Origin: Cryobacterium sp.
GTDB lineage: Bacteria > Actinomycetota > Actinomycetes > Actinomycetales > Microbacteriaceae
Length of the DNA: 58,040 bases
Direction of reading: 5' to 3'
NCBI GenBank assembly: GCA_014376815.1
Contig: JACMQV010000018.1
Span: 1 to 58,040, forward strand
In this document: positions 36,495-47,668 of the stretch, piece by piece
Numbering within the stretch: position 1 is the first letter of the stretch
Layout of the letters: the number at the start of each line of letters is the position of its first letter
Notes under the pieces: generated by a model
What the model was told of the DNA's origin: nothing
The model's database searches: none
Seen by the model: only the letters and a program-made list of their open reading frames with translations
Translations under genes and position numbers: made by a program

Positions 36495-39020
36495 TCACAA
36501 TCCGGTCCCCGACCGGACCGGACCGGCCGGCTTCGGGTCGCCGAGACCGCGAGCGAACGCCACCGCCTCACGCACGGACAGCGACGGCAGGTAGCAGCGG
36601 GACAGGGCGAGCCCGATCGTCGGCAACGCCACCGGATCGGGGTAGGCCATGAACAGTGAGTGGAATTCCGGCTGGAACTTGCGTTTGAAGGCCAACAGCG
36701 ACCGGAACCCGTAGACCGGTTCGAGGGTGCGGCCCAGGAAGGTCACCACGCGCGCCGCGAGGCTGCCGGACCGGTCCGCATCCGAATCGGTCCCGGTCTG
36801 GGCGAGGGGTGCCGCGGAGAGGCTGAGGAATTCGATCTCGGGCCGCTCGCTCATCAGCTGGGCGGTCCGGGCGATCAGGAATTCCATCACGCCGTTCATA
36901 CCATCGGGGCGGCGGCGCATGAAGTCGAGCGTCCAGCCGATGACGACGCCATCGCGCAGGCTGGGGAGCCAACTGGTCACGGCGTGCACCCGGCCGTCTG
37001 CATCGACCGCCAGCATGAGGCGCACGGCCGGGTCGCGAAGTTCATCGAGTCCGCCCAGGGTGAAGCCGAGTTCCGGCAGCTCCTTCTCCTGCACCCACTG
37101 CTCGGAGATCTCGGTGATCTGCACCGACTGGAGCACCGGCAGCGACCGGAAGTCCGTCCACTCGGCGCGAACTCCGGCGCGTTCGGCCCGGTTGATCGAC
37201 GAACGGATGTCCTGCCACTTCTTGCCGGTGGTGTCCCAGGTTCCCGGTCGCAGGACGGTTTCCTCGCCGATGCCCATGGTGTGCCAGCCCATGGCCGTGA
37301 AGGTGGCCCGCCACCGGTCGTGGAGGCTGTAGAAGACGGGCACCCAGCCGTTGTCGTCACACATCGTGGCGAAGTCGGCGACGGCGGCCGCTCCCTCGGC
37401 GGCCGGACCGATGGGCTCCGTCGTCGTGATGGCGATGCCGTTCCGGACCCGGTAGGCGATGGCTGTCGTGCCCGTGGCCGTGAACCAGAGCGAGTTCCCC
37501 TCCCACGTGGCCATGTAGGCCAGTGACCCGCCTCCACCGCGACTCAGGATCGTGCGCAGCCGAGCCTGACCGTCGGCGCCGGTCCCTGCAACGCCGCCGC
37601 GGATCGCCCGAATGGCGCCGGCAATGAGGATGATCCAGAAGAGCGGGCCGACCCACTGGTAGAGAGCGGTGGAGACCCAGTCCATGGGGAGGAAGGCGAT
37701 CCGTTCCAGCCGCAGGAAGCCGACCGGGATGAAGCGTTCGGGAACATCCGTCACGAGATCAAGCAGGGTGACCGAGGGCCGGAAGTGGTCGCGCAGGAGC
37801 CAGCCGCCGGCCACGTACACCAGTGCCAGGCCGAGGAAGCTGAGCACGGTCGTGAGGTAGAAACGCCGGCGTTGGCCCGGGCGGCCGCGAACCGGGAAGC
37901 ACCGCAGGTTCGCCGCGATCAGCGTCGCCACGACGAGCGGACCGAGCACGGAGGCGAGCAGCACAAGCGCGATCTCCCAGTACTGACCGTGGTGCCACTG
38001 CCACACATAGGGCTGGCCGCTGACCGGGAGCATCCCGTAGTACCAGGCGCCGAGCACGGCCAGCGCGCCGTTGACGACGATGGCGAGCCAGGCCGCGAAG
38101 CGGCGGCCACGGGCGAGGCCTGCGGCAGCCACGATCAGCGTGACCAGCGGGAGCAGGCTGACCAGCACCGGTCCGATGCCCCCGACCCGCGCCAGGGTGA
38201 GCTCATGAACGCACTGCCTGGTGATGTTGCCGAGCAGGCACCGGTCGAGCAGGTCGGAGGGGGCCGACACTTCCTGGGTGAGCAACACCCCCAACGGCGC
38301 GAGCACGCCGTACCGGGCGCCGGAGAAGATCGAGATGATGGGCCCGACGGCGAGCACGCCCACGATGGCCGCGAGCAGGGTTCTGGTCTCGTGGTCTGAA
38401 CTGCGGCGCCAGGTCAGGTCGATCGGGGTCGGCCGGAAGGCCACACCGAGGCCGAGTCCGATCAGGGCGGCCGCGAGCCGGTACGCGTCGGAGGGCTGGC
38501 CGGAGTAGAGCAGGAGGACCAGCGCGGTGGAGGTCGTGAGCACCCGGATCCGCCGCCGCCAGAGCGGGCCGGCGAAGCAACTCGCGGCCATGATGGTGCC
38601 GAAGATCGGTGCGAACGGGTCGATCGACCAGAGCTCGCTCACTCCGCGCGACCAGAGTTCGCCGCTGGCGACGCCGATGCTCTCGAAGAGGATGCCCAGG
38701 CCTGCGCCGAGCACGGCCGTTCCCAGGAAGACGAGGAGCGTGCGCCCGCTGCCCATCAGCCTTTCCGCGTAGCCGAGGACCACGACGGCCGCGACCACGG
38801 CCGCGAGCAGGATCACCGCGTTGTCGGCGAAGAAGACCGAGGTGAGGGGCGACCAGAGATGGCGGTTCTCGACGACCGACTCGTAGCCGGTGCCGAGGAG
38901 GCTCCGCAGACGGCGGGACGGCCCGTGGATCGGTCCGGTGGCCAGGGCGACCAGCACCAGAAGGGTCGCGTAGCCCACCATAACGGGTTGTCGGGCGAGC
39001 TGGCGCCTGATGCCCGTCAT
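36495..39020 (-). CDS. Aminoacyl-lipid synthase (rhomboid-like/TM region + DUF2156, MprF/LysX-like)
   Basis: Many TMs, then 'GKKWQDIRSSINRA', 'ELGFTLG', 'WTLDFMRR...NGVMEFL', 'LSLSAAPL', 'YGFRSL.FK.KFQP'. Confidence 0.9.
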   Translation of the reverse strand: MTGIRRQLARQPVMVGYATLLVLVALATGPIHGPSRRLRSLLGTGYESVVENRHLWSPLTSVFFADNAVILLAAVVAAVVVLGYAERLMGSGRTLLVFLGTAVLGAGLGILFESIGVASGELWSRGVSELWSIDPFAPIFGTIMAASCFAGPLWRRRIRVLTTSTALVLLLYSGQPSDAYRLAAALIGLGLGVAFRPTPIDLTWRRSSDHETRTLLAAIVGVLAVGPIISIFSGARYGVLAPLGVLLTQEVSAPSDLLDRCLLGNITRQCVHELTLARVGGIGPVLVSLLPLVTLIVAAAGLARGRRFAAWLAIVVNGALAVLGAWYYGMLPVSGQPYVWQWHHGQYWEIALVLLASVLGPLVVATLIAANLRCFPVRGRPGQRRRFYLTTVLSFLGLALVYVAGGWLLRDHFRPSVTLLDLVTDVPERFIPVGFLRLERIAFLPMDWVSTALYQWVGPLFWIILIAGAIRAIRGGVAGTGADGQARLRTILSRGGGGSLAYMATWEGNSLWFTATGTTAIAYRVRNGIAITTTEPIGPAAEGAAAVADFATMCDDNGWVPVFYSLHDRWRATFTAMGWHTMGIGEETVLRPGTWDTTGKKWQDIRSSINRAERAGVRAEWTDFRSLPVLQSVQITEISEQWVQEKELPELGFTLGGLDELRDPAVRLMLAVDADGRVHAVTSWLPSLRDGVVIGWTLDFMRRRPDGMNGVMEFLIARTAQLMSERPEIEFLSLSAAPLAQTGTDSDADRSGSLAARVVTFLGRTLEPVYGFRSLLAFKRKFQPEFHSLFMAYPDPVALPTIGLALSRCYLPSLSVREAVAFARGLGDPKPAGPVRSGTGL

Positions 39021-40279
39021 CGGGTGCCCGCCAGACCCAGCCGGTCCGCGAGCAGCGGCAGGGCCTTCGTCAGGGCGTAGACGACGGTGTGCCAGTCGTG
39101 CGCCGTGCCCGGGGAGACGATGACGTGGCTGGTCACCCCGGCGGCGGTGGCGGCGGCGCTGACGGTGGTCATCCAGGAGCGGTACCGGGCGTCATTGCTG
39201 CCGACCGCGGAGATCGCGTGAAGTGACTGGTACGGCGCGTGCGCGGCGAGGAGCGCCGTGGGCGCGGCCGCCGCGTACGCCGCCCAGCTGCCACCGAAAC
39301 CCGTGGCCACAGTCTGCTGCGGGGTGCCGGCGTGTGGCGTGAGCTCGCCGGAGATGTCCAGGATGGTGCCGAAGAGGTCGGGGTGGGCGGCCCCCAATTG
39401 GATGGAGCAGGTTCCCCCCTGCGAGAAACCGCCGATGGCCCAGCCGCCGGGGGCCGCCGCGACGGTGAAGTGGCTGCGAATCCAGTTCGGCACGTCCCGG
39501 GTCAGGTACGTGGCGGAGTTGCCGAGGCCCGAATCGACGCACATGGGGTTGCGGTCCGCGGCCCCCAGCTGGTCGGGAACGACGACGATGGGCGCCAGCC
39601 CGTGGTGTGCGGCGGCGAAGGCGTCGAGGATCTCCCCGAACCGGCCGGACGTGAAGAGGTCGGCGGGGCCGCCCGGCTGCCCGGACATCATCTCGAGCAC
39701 CGGCAGCGCCGGCGGCCGGGCGCGGCGGGCCACGGCCGGCAAGTAGACCACGGCCGTGCGGGCGGCGAACCCCGACTCCGGGGCCGGAATCGTGACCGTC
39801 CCCACCGAACCGCGCTCGGATCCCGGCAAGCCGGGCCCGGCCGCGGAGAGCGGGTCGATGAGCCCGAGCCCGAGCGCGGTCCGCAGGGTGTCGAACTGTC
39901 CGACCTGCGCGTTCACTCCCGCTGCCGCGGTGAGCAGGACGAGCGGCAGGGCCACCGCCGCCAGCAGCCGCATCCGCCACCGGGTGCGGACCAGGCTGAA
40001 GCCGGCCAGAACCACGGCGGCGCCGAAGGCGCACACCCACAGGCGCGTGACCAGGTCAGCGGAGAGTCCGATCAGGTCCCAGACGTCGCAGACCAGCCAG
40101 GTGGCCACCCAGCCGAGAACGGTCCCGGCCAGGATCCCCCCGAGCGTCACGCCCACCCGGCGGCGGCCCATCCTCCGCAGGGAGAGCGCCAGCACGATCA
40201 CGGCGATGCCGCTCACCGAGTAGAGGCCGAGGAGGAACGGGACTCCGGCGATGCGGGTGTCCAGCAGCAGGTTTGTCAT
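39017..40279 (-). CDS. Membrane-anchored putative esterase (alpha/beta hydrolase)
   Basis: About 4 TMs, 'VYLP', 'GQPG', nucleophile 'GFSQGG', 'HDW'; ATGA overlap with the synthase. Confidence 0.88.
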   Translation of the reverse strand: MTNLLLDTRIAGVPFLLGLYSVSGIAVIVLALSLRRMGRRRVGVTLGGILAGTVLGWVATWLVCDVWDLIGLSADLVTRLWVCAFGAAVVLAGFSLVRTRWRMRLLAAVALPLVLLTAAAGVNAQVGQFDTLRTALGLGLIDPLSAAGPGLPGSERGSVGTVTIPAPESGFAARTAVVYLPAVARRARPPALPVLEMMSGQPGGPADLFTSGRFGEILDAFAAAHHGLAPIVVVPDQLGAADRNPMCVDSGLGNSATYLTRDVPNWIRSHFTVAAAPGGWAIGGFSQGGTCSIQLGAAHPDLFGTILDISGELTPHAGTPQQTVATGFGGSWAAYAAAAPTALLAAHAPYQSLHAISAVGSNDARYRSWMTTVSAAATAAGVTSHVIVSPGTAHDWHTVVYALTKALPLLADRLGLAGTR

Positions 40280-40406
40280 TCGGGCCCTCCGAGACAACTC
40301 TCACACCGGCCGGACCGGCGCCGGCGCCTGCTGAAGGCTTATTCAGGCAAGGAGGAATGGAGTCACAGCCGACGCACAGCGATCAGCCGCTCCCGACCCG
40401 TCTGTC

Positions 40407-41309
40407 CTAGAAACCGAGGCGGCCCAGCTGCTTCGGGTCCCGCTGCCATTCCTTGGCGACCTTGACCCGCAGCGACAGGAAGACCCGCTTGCCGACGAGA
40501 GGCTCGATCTGCTTGCGGGCACGCATGCCGACGTCCTTCAACCGGCTGCCCGACTTGCCGATGATGATGCCCTTCTGGCTGTCCCGTTCGACGAACAGGT
40601 TCGCGTAGACCTCGACCAGTTCCTGGTCGTCGCGCTCGATGATGTCGTCGATGGTCACGGCGATCGAGTGGGGCAGCTCGTCGGTGACGCCCTCGAGCGC
40701 CGCCTCGCGGATGTATTCGGAGATGCGCGACTCGAGGCTCTCGTCGGTGACCGCGTCGGCCGGGTACAGCGGCGCATCCGAGAGCGGAAGCAGCCGCAGC
40801 AGCTCGGCGCTGAGGATGTCGAGCTGGATCAGGCTGGTTGCCGAGATCGGCACGATCGCCTCCCAGTCGCGCAGCTCGGAGACGGCGAGCAGCTGGTTGG
40901 CAACGCTGGTCTTCGAGGAGGCGTCGATCTTGGTCACGATGGCCACCTTGCGGGCCCGGGGGAAGTTGTCGAGCTGCTCGTTGATGAAACGGTCGCCCGG
41001 CCCGATCGGCTCGTTCGCCGGGATGCACAGGCCCACCACGTCCACGCCGGCCAGGGTCGACTGCACCAGGCTGTTCAGGCGCTCGCCCAGCAGGGTGCGC
41101 GGCTTGTGGATGCCCGGGGTGTCGACCAGGATCAGCTGGCCGTTCTTCTGGTGCACGATCCCCCGGATCGCCCGTCTGGTGGTCTGCGGCTTGGAGGAGG
41201 TGATGGCGACCTTCTCCCCCACCAGCGCATTCGTCAGGGTGGACTTTCCCACGTTCGGGCGGCCCACGAACGACACGAAGCCCGCTCGGAATCCATCTTC
41301 TTCAGTCAT
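40407..41309 (-). CDS. era: GTPase Era
   Basis: 'GRPNVGKSTL', 'PQTTR', 'DTPG', 'TKID', 'ELPHS', 'SQKGIIIGK'. Confidence 0.98.
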   Translation of the reverse strand: MTEEDGFRAGFVSFVGRPNVGKSTLTNALVGEKVAITSSKPQTTRRAIRGIVHQKNGQLILVDTPGIHKPRTLLGERLNSLVQSTLAGVDVVGLCIPANEPIGPGDRFINEQLDNFPRARKVAIVTKIDASSKTSVANQLLAVSELRDWEAIVPISATSLIQLDILSAELLRLLPLSDAPLYPADAVTDESLESRISEYIREAALEGVTDELPHSIAVTIDDIIERDDQELVEVYANLFVERDSQKGIIIGKSGSRLKDVGMRARKQIEPLVGKRVFLSLRVKVAKEWQRDPKQLGRLGF

Positions 41310-42621
41310 GACCATTCACTCTCTCATCGTCCGACACCCCGAGGAATGCGGTCTGTACATCAATCAACGCTTGGTCTCGTTCCACCAGCACGGTGCTGAT
41401 GCGCTTGCGGCGGCCCTCGGTGCGTTCCGCGGTGAGGACCAGCCCGCTCGTGGCCGCGACCGACCCGGCCACGGGCAACCGCCCGAGCGCCTTGGCCAGG
41501 AGTCCGCCCACCGAGTCGACCTCGTCGTCGTCCAGTTCCAGGTCGAAGAGCTCACCGAGCTCGTCGACCGGCAGTCGGGCACTCACGCGGAACCGGCCGT
41601 GGCCCAGATCTTCGACCTCGACGACGTCGCGGTCGTACTCGTCGGAGATGTCCCCCACGAGTTCCTCGATCAGGTCCTCGAGGGTGACCAGACCGGCGAT
41701 CCCACCATACTCGTCGACCACCATCGCGAGGTGGTTCGACTCGAGCTGCATCTGCCGCAGCAGGGCGTCCGCCTTCTTCGACTCCGGCACGAAGACCGCG
41801 GGCCGTTCCAGTTCCCGAACGGTCAGGCTCTCCACGTTCGGCGGGCGTTCGTAGACCAGCCGGGCCACGTCACGAAGGTAGAGGATGCCCGTGACGTCGT
41901 CGACCTCCCCGTCGATGACCGGCACGCGCGAGAAGCCCTTGCTCAGGAACAGGCCCATGGCCGCGCCGAGCGCCGAATCCGCATCGATGGTGACCATGTC
42001 GGTGCGCGGAATCATGACCTCACGCACCACCGTTTCGTTGAACTCGAAGATGGAGTGGATCAGTTCGCGGTCGTCCTCCTCGAGCACGTCCAGCTCGGTG
42101 GCCTCATCGACCATGCTGAGCAGCTGGTCCTCGGAGGTGAACGTGGCGAGCCGGGTGCGGCCGGGCGTGACCCGGTTTCCGAGGGCCACGAGCGCGTTCG
42201 CGATCGGCCCGAGCAGCACCCGGAGGAAGTGCACCAGCGGAGCGGTCGCCTTCAGCAGCCCGGTGGGATGGGCCCGTCCCACGCTGCGGGGGCTCGCCCC
42301 GACCAGCACGAACGAGACCGCCGTCATCAGCAGGGACGAGAGCAGCAGAGCGAGCCACAGCTGCTCGATCGTGGTCGCGAACACGAGGGTCACGAGCACG
42401 GCCGCGGTCGTCTCGGCGATGATCCGCACGAAGCTGATCGTATTCAGGTGCGCCCCGGTGTCGGCGGCGATGGCCGCCAGGGGCCCCTGCGCCCCTGTTT
42501 TCTCCGCCAGTTCGGCGAGGGGGGCCCTGGACGGGGCCGTGCCGGGGGAGCCCACGCCGGCCATCAGGCCGCCGAAGGCGACCAGGATGATCGCCGCCGC
42601 AAGAAACCACCCCACGATCAT
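41302..42621 (-). CDS. CNNM/CorC family protein of the ybeY operon
   Basis: '[10 protein letters not shown]', 'FSRVPV', 'FVPESK', '[21 protein letters not shown]'. Confidence 0.92.
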   Translation of the reverse strand: MIVGWFLAAAIILVAFGGLMAGVGSPGTAPSRAPLAELAEKTGAQGPLAAIAADTGAHLNTISFVRIIAETTAAVLVTLVFATTIEQLWLALLLSSLLMTAVSFVLVGASPRSVGRAHPTGLLKATAPLVHFLRVLLGPIANALVALGNRVTPGRTRLATFTSEDQLLSMVDEATELDVLEEDDRELIHSIFEFNETVVREVMIPRTDMVTIDADSALGAAMGLFLSKGFSRVPVIDGEVDDVTGILYLRDVARLVYERPPNVESLTVRELERPAVFVPESKKADALLRQMQLESNHLAMVVDEYGGIAGLVTLEDLIEELVGDISDEYDRDVVEVEDLGHGRFRVSARLPVDELGELFDLELDDDEVDSVGGLLAKALGRLPVAGSVAATSGLVLTAERTEGRRKRISTVLVERDQALIDVQTAFLGVSDDERVNGHD

Positions 42622-43085
42622 CGGTTGCGGAGGCGTTCCTGCAGGGCGAAGCCGATCAGGATGTCGCGCTGGATGCCGAACATTTCCTTCTCCTCGGCCG
42701 GCTCGGCGTGGTCGAACCCGAGCAGGTGCAGGGTGCCGTGGGTCGTCAGCAGGAGTAGTTCCTCGAGCGTGCTGTGACCGGCGGTCTCGGCCTGCGCCTG
42801 GGCGACCTGCGGGCAGAGCACGATATCCCCGAGCAGCCCCGGTGGGGTTTCGGCGTCTTCGGTGCCCGGGCGCAGTTCGTCCATCGGGAAGCTGAGCACG
42901 TCGGTCGGCCCCGGTTCGTCCATCCACTGCACGTGCAGCTGTTCCATGGCGCCCTCGTCGACGAGCACGATCGCCAGCTCGGCGTCGGGGTGCACGTGCA
43001 TGGAGTCCAGCGCGTACGCCGCCAGGCGGAGGATGGCGGCCTCATCGACCGGGATGGTCGATTCGTTGTTGACTTCAATGCTCAA
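42618..43085 (-). CDS. ybeY: rRNA maturation factor YbeY
   Basis: 'PTDVLSFP', 'LGDIV', '[11 protein letters not shown]'. Confidence 0.97.
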   Translation of the reverse strand: MSIEVNNESTIPVDEAAILRLAAYALDSMHVHPDAELAIVLVDEGAMEQLHVQWMDEPGPTDVLSFPMDELRPGTEDAETPPGLLGDIVLCPQVAQAQAETAGHSTLEELLLLTTHGTLHLLGFDHAEPAEEKEMFGIQRDILIGFALQERLRNR

Positions 43086-44164
43086 GAGGGTCTCCGTTTC
43101 GGAAGGCGGTCACGCGGGGTGCTGGGGCGGCCCGGCCCGCGGTTGGCGAACTCGTGCGCCTGCTCGGTCTCGTAGCGCAGGGCCTGCTTCTGGGCGTCGT
43201 ACTCGGTCCAGGCGTCGACGATGCGGCCGACCAGGGAATGGCGTACCACGTCGTCGCTGGTGAGGCGCACGAAAGCGATCTCGTCGACGCCTTCGAGCAC
43301 GCGGCTGACCAGCCGGAGGCCGCTCGAGCCGGCCGGCAGGTCGATCTGGGTGATGTCGCCGGTGACCACCATCTTGGAGCCGAAGCCCAGGCGGGTCAGG
43401 AACATCTTCATCTGCTCCGGCGTGGTGTTCTGGGCCTCGTCGAGAACCACGAACGAGGAGTTGAGCGTGCGGCCGCGCATGTACGCGAGCGGGGCCACCT
43501 CGATGGTGCCGGCCGCCAGCAGCTTGGGGACGAGCTCCGGGTCCATCATCTCGTTCAGTGCATCGTAGAGGGGACGCAGGTAGGGGTCGATCTTCTCGGT
43601 CAGGCTGCCGGGCAGGAAGCCGAGGCGTTCCCCGGCTTCGACGGCCGGGCGGGTGAGGATGATCCGGTCGACCTCCTTGCGTTGCAGCGCCTGCACCGCT
43701 TTGGCCATCGCCAGGTAGGTCTTCCCGGTTCCGGCCGGCCCGATGCCGAACACGATCGTGTCGGTGTCGATCGCGTCGACGTAGTGCTTCTGCCCGATCG
43801 TCTTGGGGCGGATGCTGCGGCCCCGGGAAGCCAGGATCGCCGGGCCGAGACGCTCGGACGGGCTGGTGGTGCTGTCTTCTCCGAGCATCCGCGCCGACGT
43901 GCTCACCTCGGACTCGGCCAGGTCCCGGCCGGAGCGGATCATGACCAGGAGTTCCTCGATCAGCAGGCGCGCGGCCTCGACCGAGGCGGCCTCTCCGGAC
44001 AGGGTGATCTCATTGCCGCGCACGTGGACGCTGACGCCCGGGTGCTCCTTCTCGATCGTGGCGAGGAGGCGATCCTGCGCGCCCAGCAACCGCACCATGG
44101 CGATGCCGTCAACGTGCACGCGGACCTCGGTCGGCCCTGGCAGGTTCGAGTCAGCGGAACCCAA
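43082..44164 (-). CDS. phoH: PhoH family protein
   Basis: '[11 protein letters not shown]', '[15 protein letters not shown]', 'MRGRTL', 'DEAQN'; TTG start after GGAGG. Confidence 0.95.
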   Translation of the reverse strand: MGSADSNLPGPTEVRVHVDGIAMVRLLGAQDRLLATIEKEHPGVSVHVRGNEITLSGEAASVEAARLLIEELLVMIRSGRDLAESEVSTSARMLGEDSTTSPSERLGPAILASRGRSIRPKTIGQKHYVDAIDTDTIVFGIGPAGTGKTYLAMAKAVQALQRKEVDRIILTRPAVEAGERLGFLPGSLTEKIDPYLRPLYDALNEMMDPELVPKLLAAGTIEVAPLAYMRGRTLNSSFVVLDEAQNTTPEQMKMFLTRLGFGSKMVVTGDITQIDLPAGSSGLRLVSRVLEGVDEIAFVRLTSDDVVRHSLVGRIVDAWTEYDAQKQALRYETEQAHEFANRGPGRPSTPRDRLPKRRPS

Positions 44165-44528
44165 GCGAACCCTCCCCGAGTGCTGAGTCTCCGGGCCGCT
44201 GGGCCAGGAGGTGGGCGTGCACGTGGAAGACGGTCTGCCCGGCCGCCGGCCCGGTGTTGAAGACCAGGCGGAACTGCCCGTCGGCGAGGTCGGCCGCAAG
44301 GCCGTCGGCCACAGCCACGAGTTCGGCCAGCAGGCCGGGGTCGCCGGCCGCCAGCTCGACCACGTTGTGGTACTCGCCCGTCTTCGTCGTGATGACGACG
44401 TGCACCGGCGCCTGCGGCGCGATGTCGTTGAAGGCGATGATCCGGTCGGTTTCCGCGACGATCGTCGCCGGAACCTCGCGCGCGGCGATGCGGCTGAAAA
44501 TGGACGGTTCTGCGCCGGTGGAAGACAT
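44151..44528 (-). CDS. HIT family protein
   Basis: 'FNDIAPQAPVH', 'GQTVFHVHAHLL'. Confidence 0.95.
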   Translation of the reverse strand: MSSTGAEPSIFSRIAAREVPATIVAETDRIIAFNDIAPQAPVHVVITTKTGEYHNVVELAAGDPGLLAELVAVADGLAADLADGQFRLVFNTGPAAGQTVFHVHAHLLAQRPGDSALGEGSLGFR

Positions 44529-44550
44529 GTCTCTATCTTAAGCGGCTTGG

Positions 44551-45291
44551 CTACCAACGGCCGAGCGTCGCGTTCAGGATCGCGAGGGCGGCCGGTCCCG
44601 CCGTGGAGGTGCGCAACACGGTCTCGCCCAGTCGCACCCGGGTGGCCCCCGCCTGCTCGAGGGCGGTGAGCTCGGCCGGGGCGATCCCGCCCTCGGGACC
44701 GACGACGAGCACGATGTCGCGGTCGTCGGTGGGGACCGGGACCTCGGTCAGGCGGAAGGTCGCGCCGGGTTCCAGCAGCAGCATCCGGGTGGAACCGGCC
44801 AGCGCGGCCAGAGATTTCGTGGACGCCAGGGCGGCCACCTCGGGAAGCCACGGCCGGATCGACTGCTTGGACGCCTCTCGCACGATGTTCGACCAGCGTT
44901 CCTGGCCCTTGGCGATCTTCGGGCCCTCCCAGCGGGTCACGGACCGGGCGGCGGCCCACGGGATCACACCATCGATCCCGAGTTCCGTGGCCGCCTGCAC
45001 CGCGAGTTCGTCCCGGTCTCCCTTGGCGAGGGCCTGGACCAGCCGGATGCGCGGGGTCAGCCGGGCCGACACGGTCACCGTGTCCACCCGAAGACTGAGC
45101 CGGGCGGCATCCGCGCCGACCACGCTCACGCCCAGCATCAGCCCGGCCCCGTCGCCGACGAGGAGTTTCTCGCCCGGACGCACCCGGCTCACGGTGACCG
45201 CGTGCCTGGCCTCGGCGCCGCCGATCGTGACCACGGCCCCCGGAACGCAGTCGGCGGCCCGGAGCGTTTCGTCGAGGAAGAAATGTGCCAT
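44551..45291 (-). CDS. rsmE: 16S rRNA m3U1498 methyltransferase
   Basis: 'QAATELG', 'EASKQS.R', 'VGPEGG', 'LGETVLRTSTA'. Confidence 0.97.
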   Translation of the reverse strand: MAHFFLDETLRAADCVPGAVVTIGGAEARHAVTVSRVRPGEKLLVGDGAGLMLGVSVVGADAARLSLRVDTVTVSARLTPRIRLVQALAKGDRDELAVQAATELGIDGVIPWAAARSVTRWEGPKIAKGQERWSNIVREASKQSIRPWLPEVAALASTKSLAALAGSTRMLLLEPGATFRLTEVPVPTDDRDIVLVVGPEGGIAPAELTALEQAGATRVRLGETVLRTSTAGPAALAILNATLGRW

Positions 45292-45296
45292 CGCGC

Positions 45297-46415
45297 TTAG
45301 CCGCGGAACCGATCGCGAAGCTTCGCGAACAGGCCCTGCTGGAAGGCGCTGAGGGCCGGTGCGGGGGCCTTGTGCCGGGCCGCGAACGCCTCGATCAGTT
45401 CGCGTTCCTTGTGGTCCAGGCGCGTCGGAGTGGCCACATGCACGCCGATCTTCAGGTCGCCACGCCCGTTCCCGCGCAGGCGTGTCACACCGCGCTCCTT
45501 GACCGTGATGACCTCGGCGCTCTGCGTGCCGGCCTTGATCTCGACCTCGATGTCTCCGTCGAGGGCCTTGACCTTGGCGGTGGTGCCCAGGATCGCATCC
45601 GTCATCGGCACCTCGAGGGTGGCGAGCAGGTCGTCGCCGTCGCGGCTGAAGACATCATGGTGGCGCACCTTCATCTCGAGGTACAGGTCGCCGTTGGGGC
45701 CGCCGGCCGGGCCGGCCTCGCCGCTGCCGGGCATCTGCAGGCGCAGTCCGGTGTCGACGCCGGCGGGGACGTCGACGGGCACCGTGCGGCGTGCTCGCAC
45801 GCGGCCCTGGCCCTGGCAGGTGACGCAGGGCGTGGCGATGATCGTGCCGTAGCCGCGGCAGGAGCCGCAGGGGCTGCTCGTCATGACGTTGCCCAGAAGC
45901 GACCGGACGGCGCGCTGGATGTTGCCGGTGCCGTGGCAGATGTCGCAGGTGACGGGAGACGTGCCCGGCTGGCAGCAGGTGCCATTGCAGGTGGCGCAGA
46001 CGATGGCCGTGTCCACCTCGAGGTCGCGGTGGGTGCCGAAGATGATCTCGTCGAGGTCGAGTTCGACCCGGATCAAGGCGTCCTGGCCGCGCTCTCGGCG
46101 GGACCGGGGGCCGCGGGTGCCGCCACCGCCGCCGAAGAAGGTCTCGAAGATGTCGCCGAAGTTGCCGAAGTTGCCGTCGGAGAAGCCGTTGCCGCCACCG
46201 CCGGAGCGGCCGTTGCCGCCGCGGTCGTAGTTGTCGCGCTGTTTCGCGTCGCTCAGCACGTCGTAGGCATGCGTCACCGACTTGAACCGCTCCGACGCAT
46301 CCGCGCCGGGGTTGACGTCGGGGTGCAGCTGCCGGGCAAGTTTCCGGTAGGCCTTCTTGATCTCGTCCGTTGTGGCGTCGCGTGCAACGCCGAGTACTTC
46401 GTAATGGTCAGCCAA
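45297..46415 (-). CDS. dnaJ: Chaperone DnaJ (hrcA-linked paralog)
   Basis: J domain HPD, G/F region, four CxxCxG repeats. Confidence 0.97.
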   Translation of the reverse strand: MADHYEVLGVARDATTDEIKKAYRKLARQLHPDVNPGADASERFKSVTHAYDVLSDAKQRDNYDRGGNGRSGGGGNGFSDGNFGNFGDIFETFFGGGGGTRGPRSRRERGQDALIRVELDLDEIIFGTHRDLEVDTAIVCATCNGTCCQPGTSPVTCDICHGTGNIQRAVRSLLGNVMTSSPCGSCRGYGTIIATPCVTCQGQGRVRARRTVPVDVPAGVDTGLRLQMPGSGEAGPAGGPNGDLYLEMKVRHHDVFSRDGDDLLATLEVPMTDAILGTTAKVKALDGDIEVEIKAGTQSAEVITVKERGVTRLRGNGRGDLKIGVHVATPTRLDHKERELIEAFAARHKAPAPALSAFQQGLFAKLRDRFRG

Positions 46416-46480
46416 AGCTGGCTCTCCTCGGTCTGTTCTGATACGTGGTGCTCCCCCGGTCTTTCAACCCGGGGAACTGG

Positions 46481-47503
46481 TCAATTCTCGCCGAGTAGGC
46501 GTGAAAGGTAGCGGGCGACGGCGCGCACGGCCGCCATGTTGTTGGAGTAATCCATCCGGGTCGGACCGAGCACGCCGAGGCGGGCCAGGTTGCCGCCCTG
46601 CGACGAGTAGCCGCTGGTGAGAACGGATGTCTCGGCCAGGCCGAACGGGGCGTTCTCCCGACCGATGCTGACGGACACGCCGTGCTGGTCGGTGGCCATC
46701 TCGCCGAACAGGCGCAGCAGGACGACCTGCTCCTCGATGGCTTCGAGCACCGGGTAGATGCTGCCGGTGAAGTCTTCCTCGGTGCGGACGAGGTTGGCGG
46801 CCCCGGCCATCACGAGCCGGTCCTGCCGGTTGGCCCCGACCTGGTCGTGCAGGGTTCCGGTGATCAGGTCGACGGCCTCCTGCTGTTCGAAGGGCCCGAG
46901 CACCCCCGCTCCGGTCAATGCGGCGGCGGCCTCGCTCATGCGGAGGCCGACCAGGGCTGCGTTCAGGCGGGACCGGAGCTCGACCAGGACGGGTTCGTCG
47001 AGCTGGCGGGGCAGGTCGACCACGCGCTGCTCGACCCGGCCGGCATCCGTGATCAGCACCGACAGCAGGCGCGTCTCGGACAGGGGCACCAGCTCCACGT
47101 GGCGCACCTTCGCCCGGGACAGCGACGGGTATTGCACCAGGGCCACCTGATGGGTCAGCTGGGAGAGCAGGCGCACGCTGCGCGCCAGGACCTCATCCAG
47201 GTCGGCCGACTGGCCGAGGAAGGTTTCGATCGCCTGGCGCTGGGCCGCGGACAGCGGGCGCAGGTCGGCCAGATGGTCGACGAAGAGGCGGTATCCCTTG
47301 TCGGTCGGGATGCGCCCGGACGAGGTGTGCGGCGCCGCGATCAGCTCCTCCTCCTCGAGGAGGGCCATGTCGTTGCGGATCGTGGCCGCCGAGACGCCGA
47401 AGGAATGCCGGTCAACAATGGATTTCGAGCCGACGGGCTCGCGGGAAGCGACGTAGTCTTGAACGATCACGCGCAGAACTTCGAGACTGCGGTCAGACAC
47501 CAT
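46481..47503 (-). CDS. hrcA: Heat-inducible repressor HrcA
   Basis: 'EPVGSK', 'SAATIRNDM', 'PHTSSGRIPTDKGYR', 'GPTRMDY'. Confidence 0.98.
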   Translation of the reverse strand: MVSDRSLEVLRVIVQDYVASREPVGSKSIVDRHSFGVSAATIRNDMALLEEEELIAAPHTSSGRIPTDKGYRLFVDHLADLRPLSAAQRQAIETFLGQSADLDEVLARSVRLLSQLTHQVALVQYPSLSRAKVRHVELVPLSETRLLSVLITDAGRVEQRVVDLPRQLDEPVLVELRSRLNAALVGLRMSEAAAALTGAGVLGPFEQQEAVDLITGTLHDQVGANRQDRLVMAGAANLVRTEEDFTGSIYPVLEAIEEQVVLLRLFGEMATDQHGVSVSIGRENAPFGLAETSVLTSGYSSQGGNLARLGVLGPTRMDYSNNMAAVRAVARYLSRLLGEN

Positions 47504-47540
47504 ATTGTCGCCTCCTCCCGTTCGTCATGAGTGCAGGACA

Positions 47541-47567
47541 CTGGCACTCTTCGTATGAGACTGCCAA
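47541..47567. promoter_or_regulatory. CIRCE element (HrcA operator)
   Basis: CTGGCACTC-N9-GACTGCCAA versus consensus TTAGCACTC-N9-GAGTGCTAA; abuts a minus-strand TATGAT (47572-47567). Confidence 0.9.
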
Positions 47568-47668
47568 TCATACCGCGACCGGCCGTGGTTCCCCATTGCT
47601 CCCGGATGATTCACCGCAGTACCTTAGGCATGTAATGCACCTCCACCTGTGCACCGAAAGGCACGATC

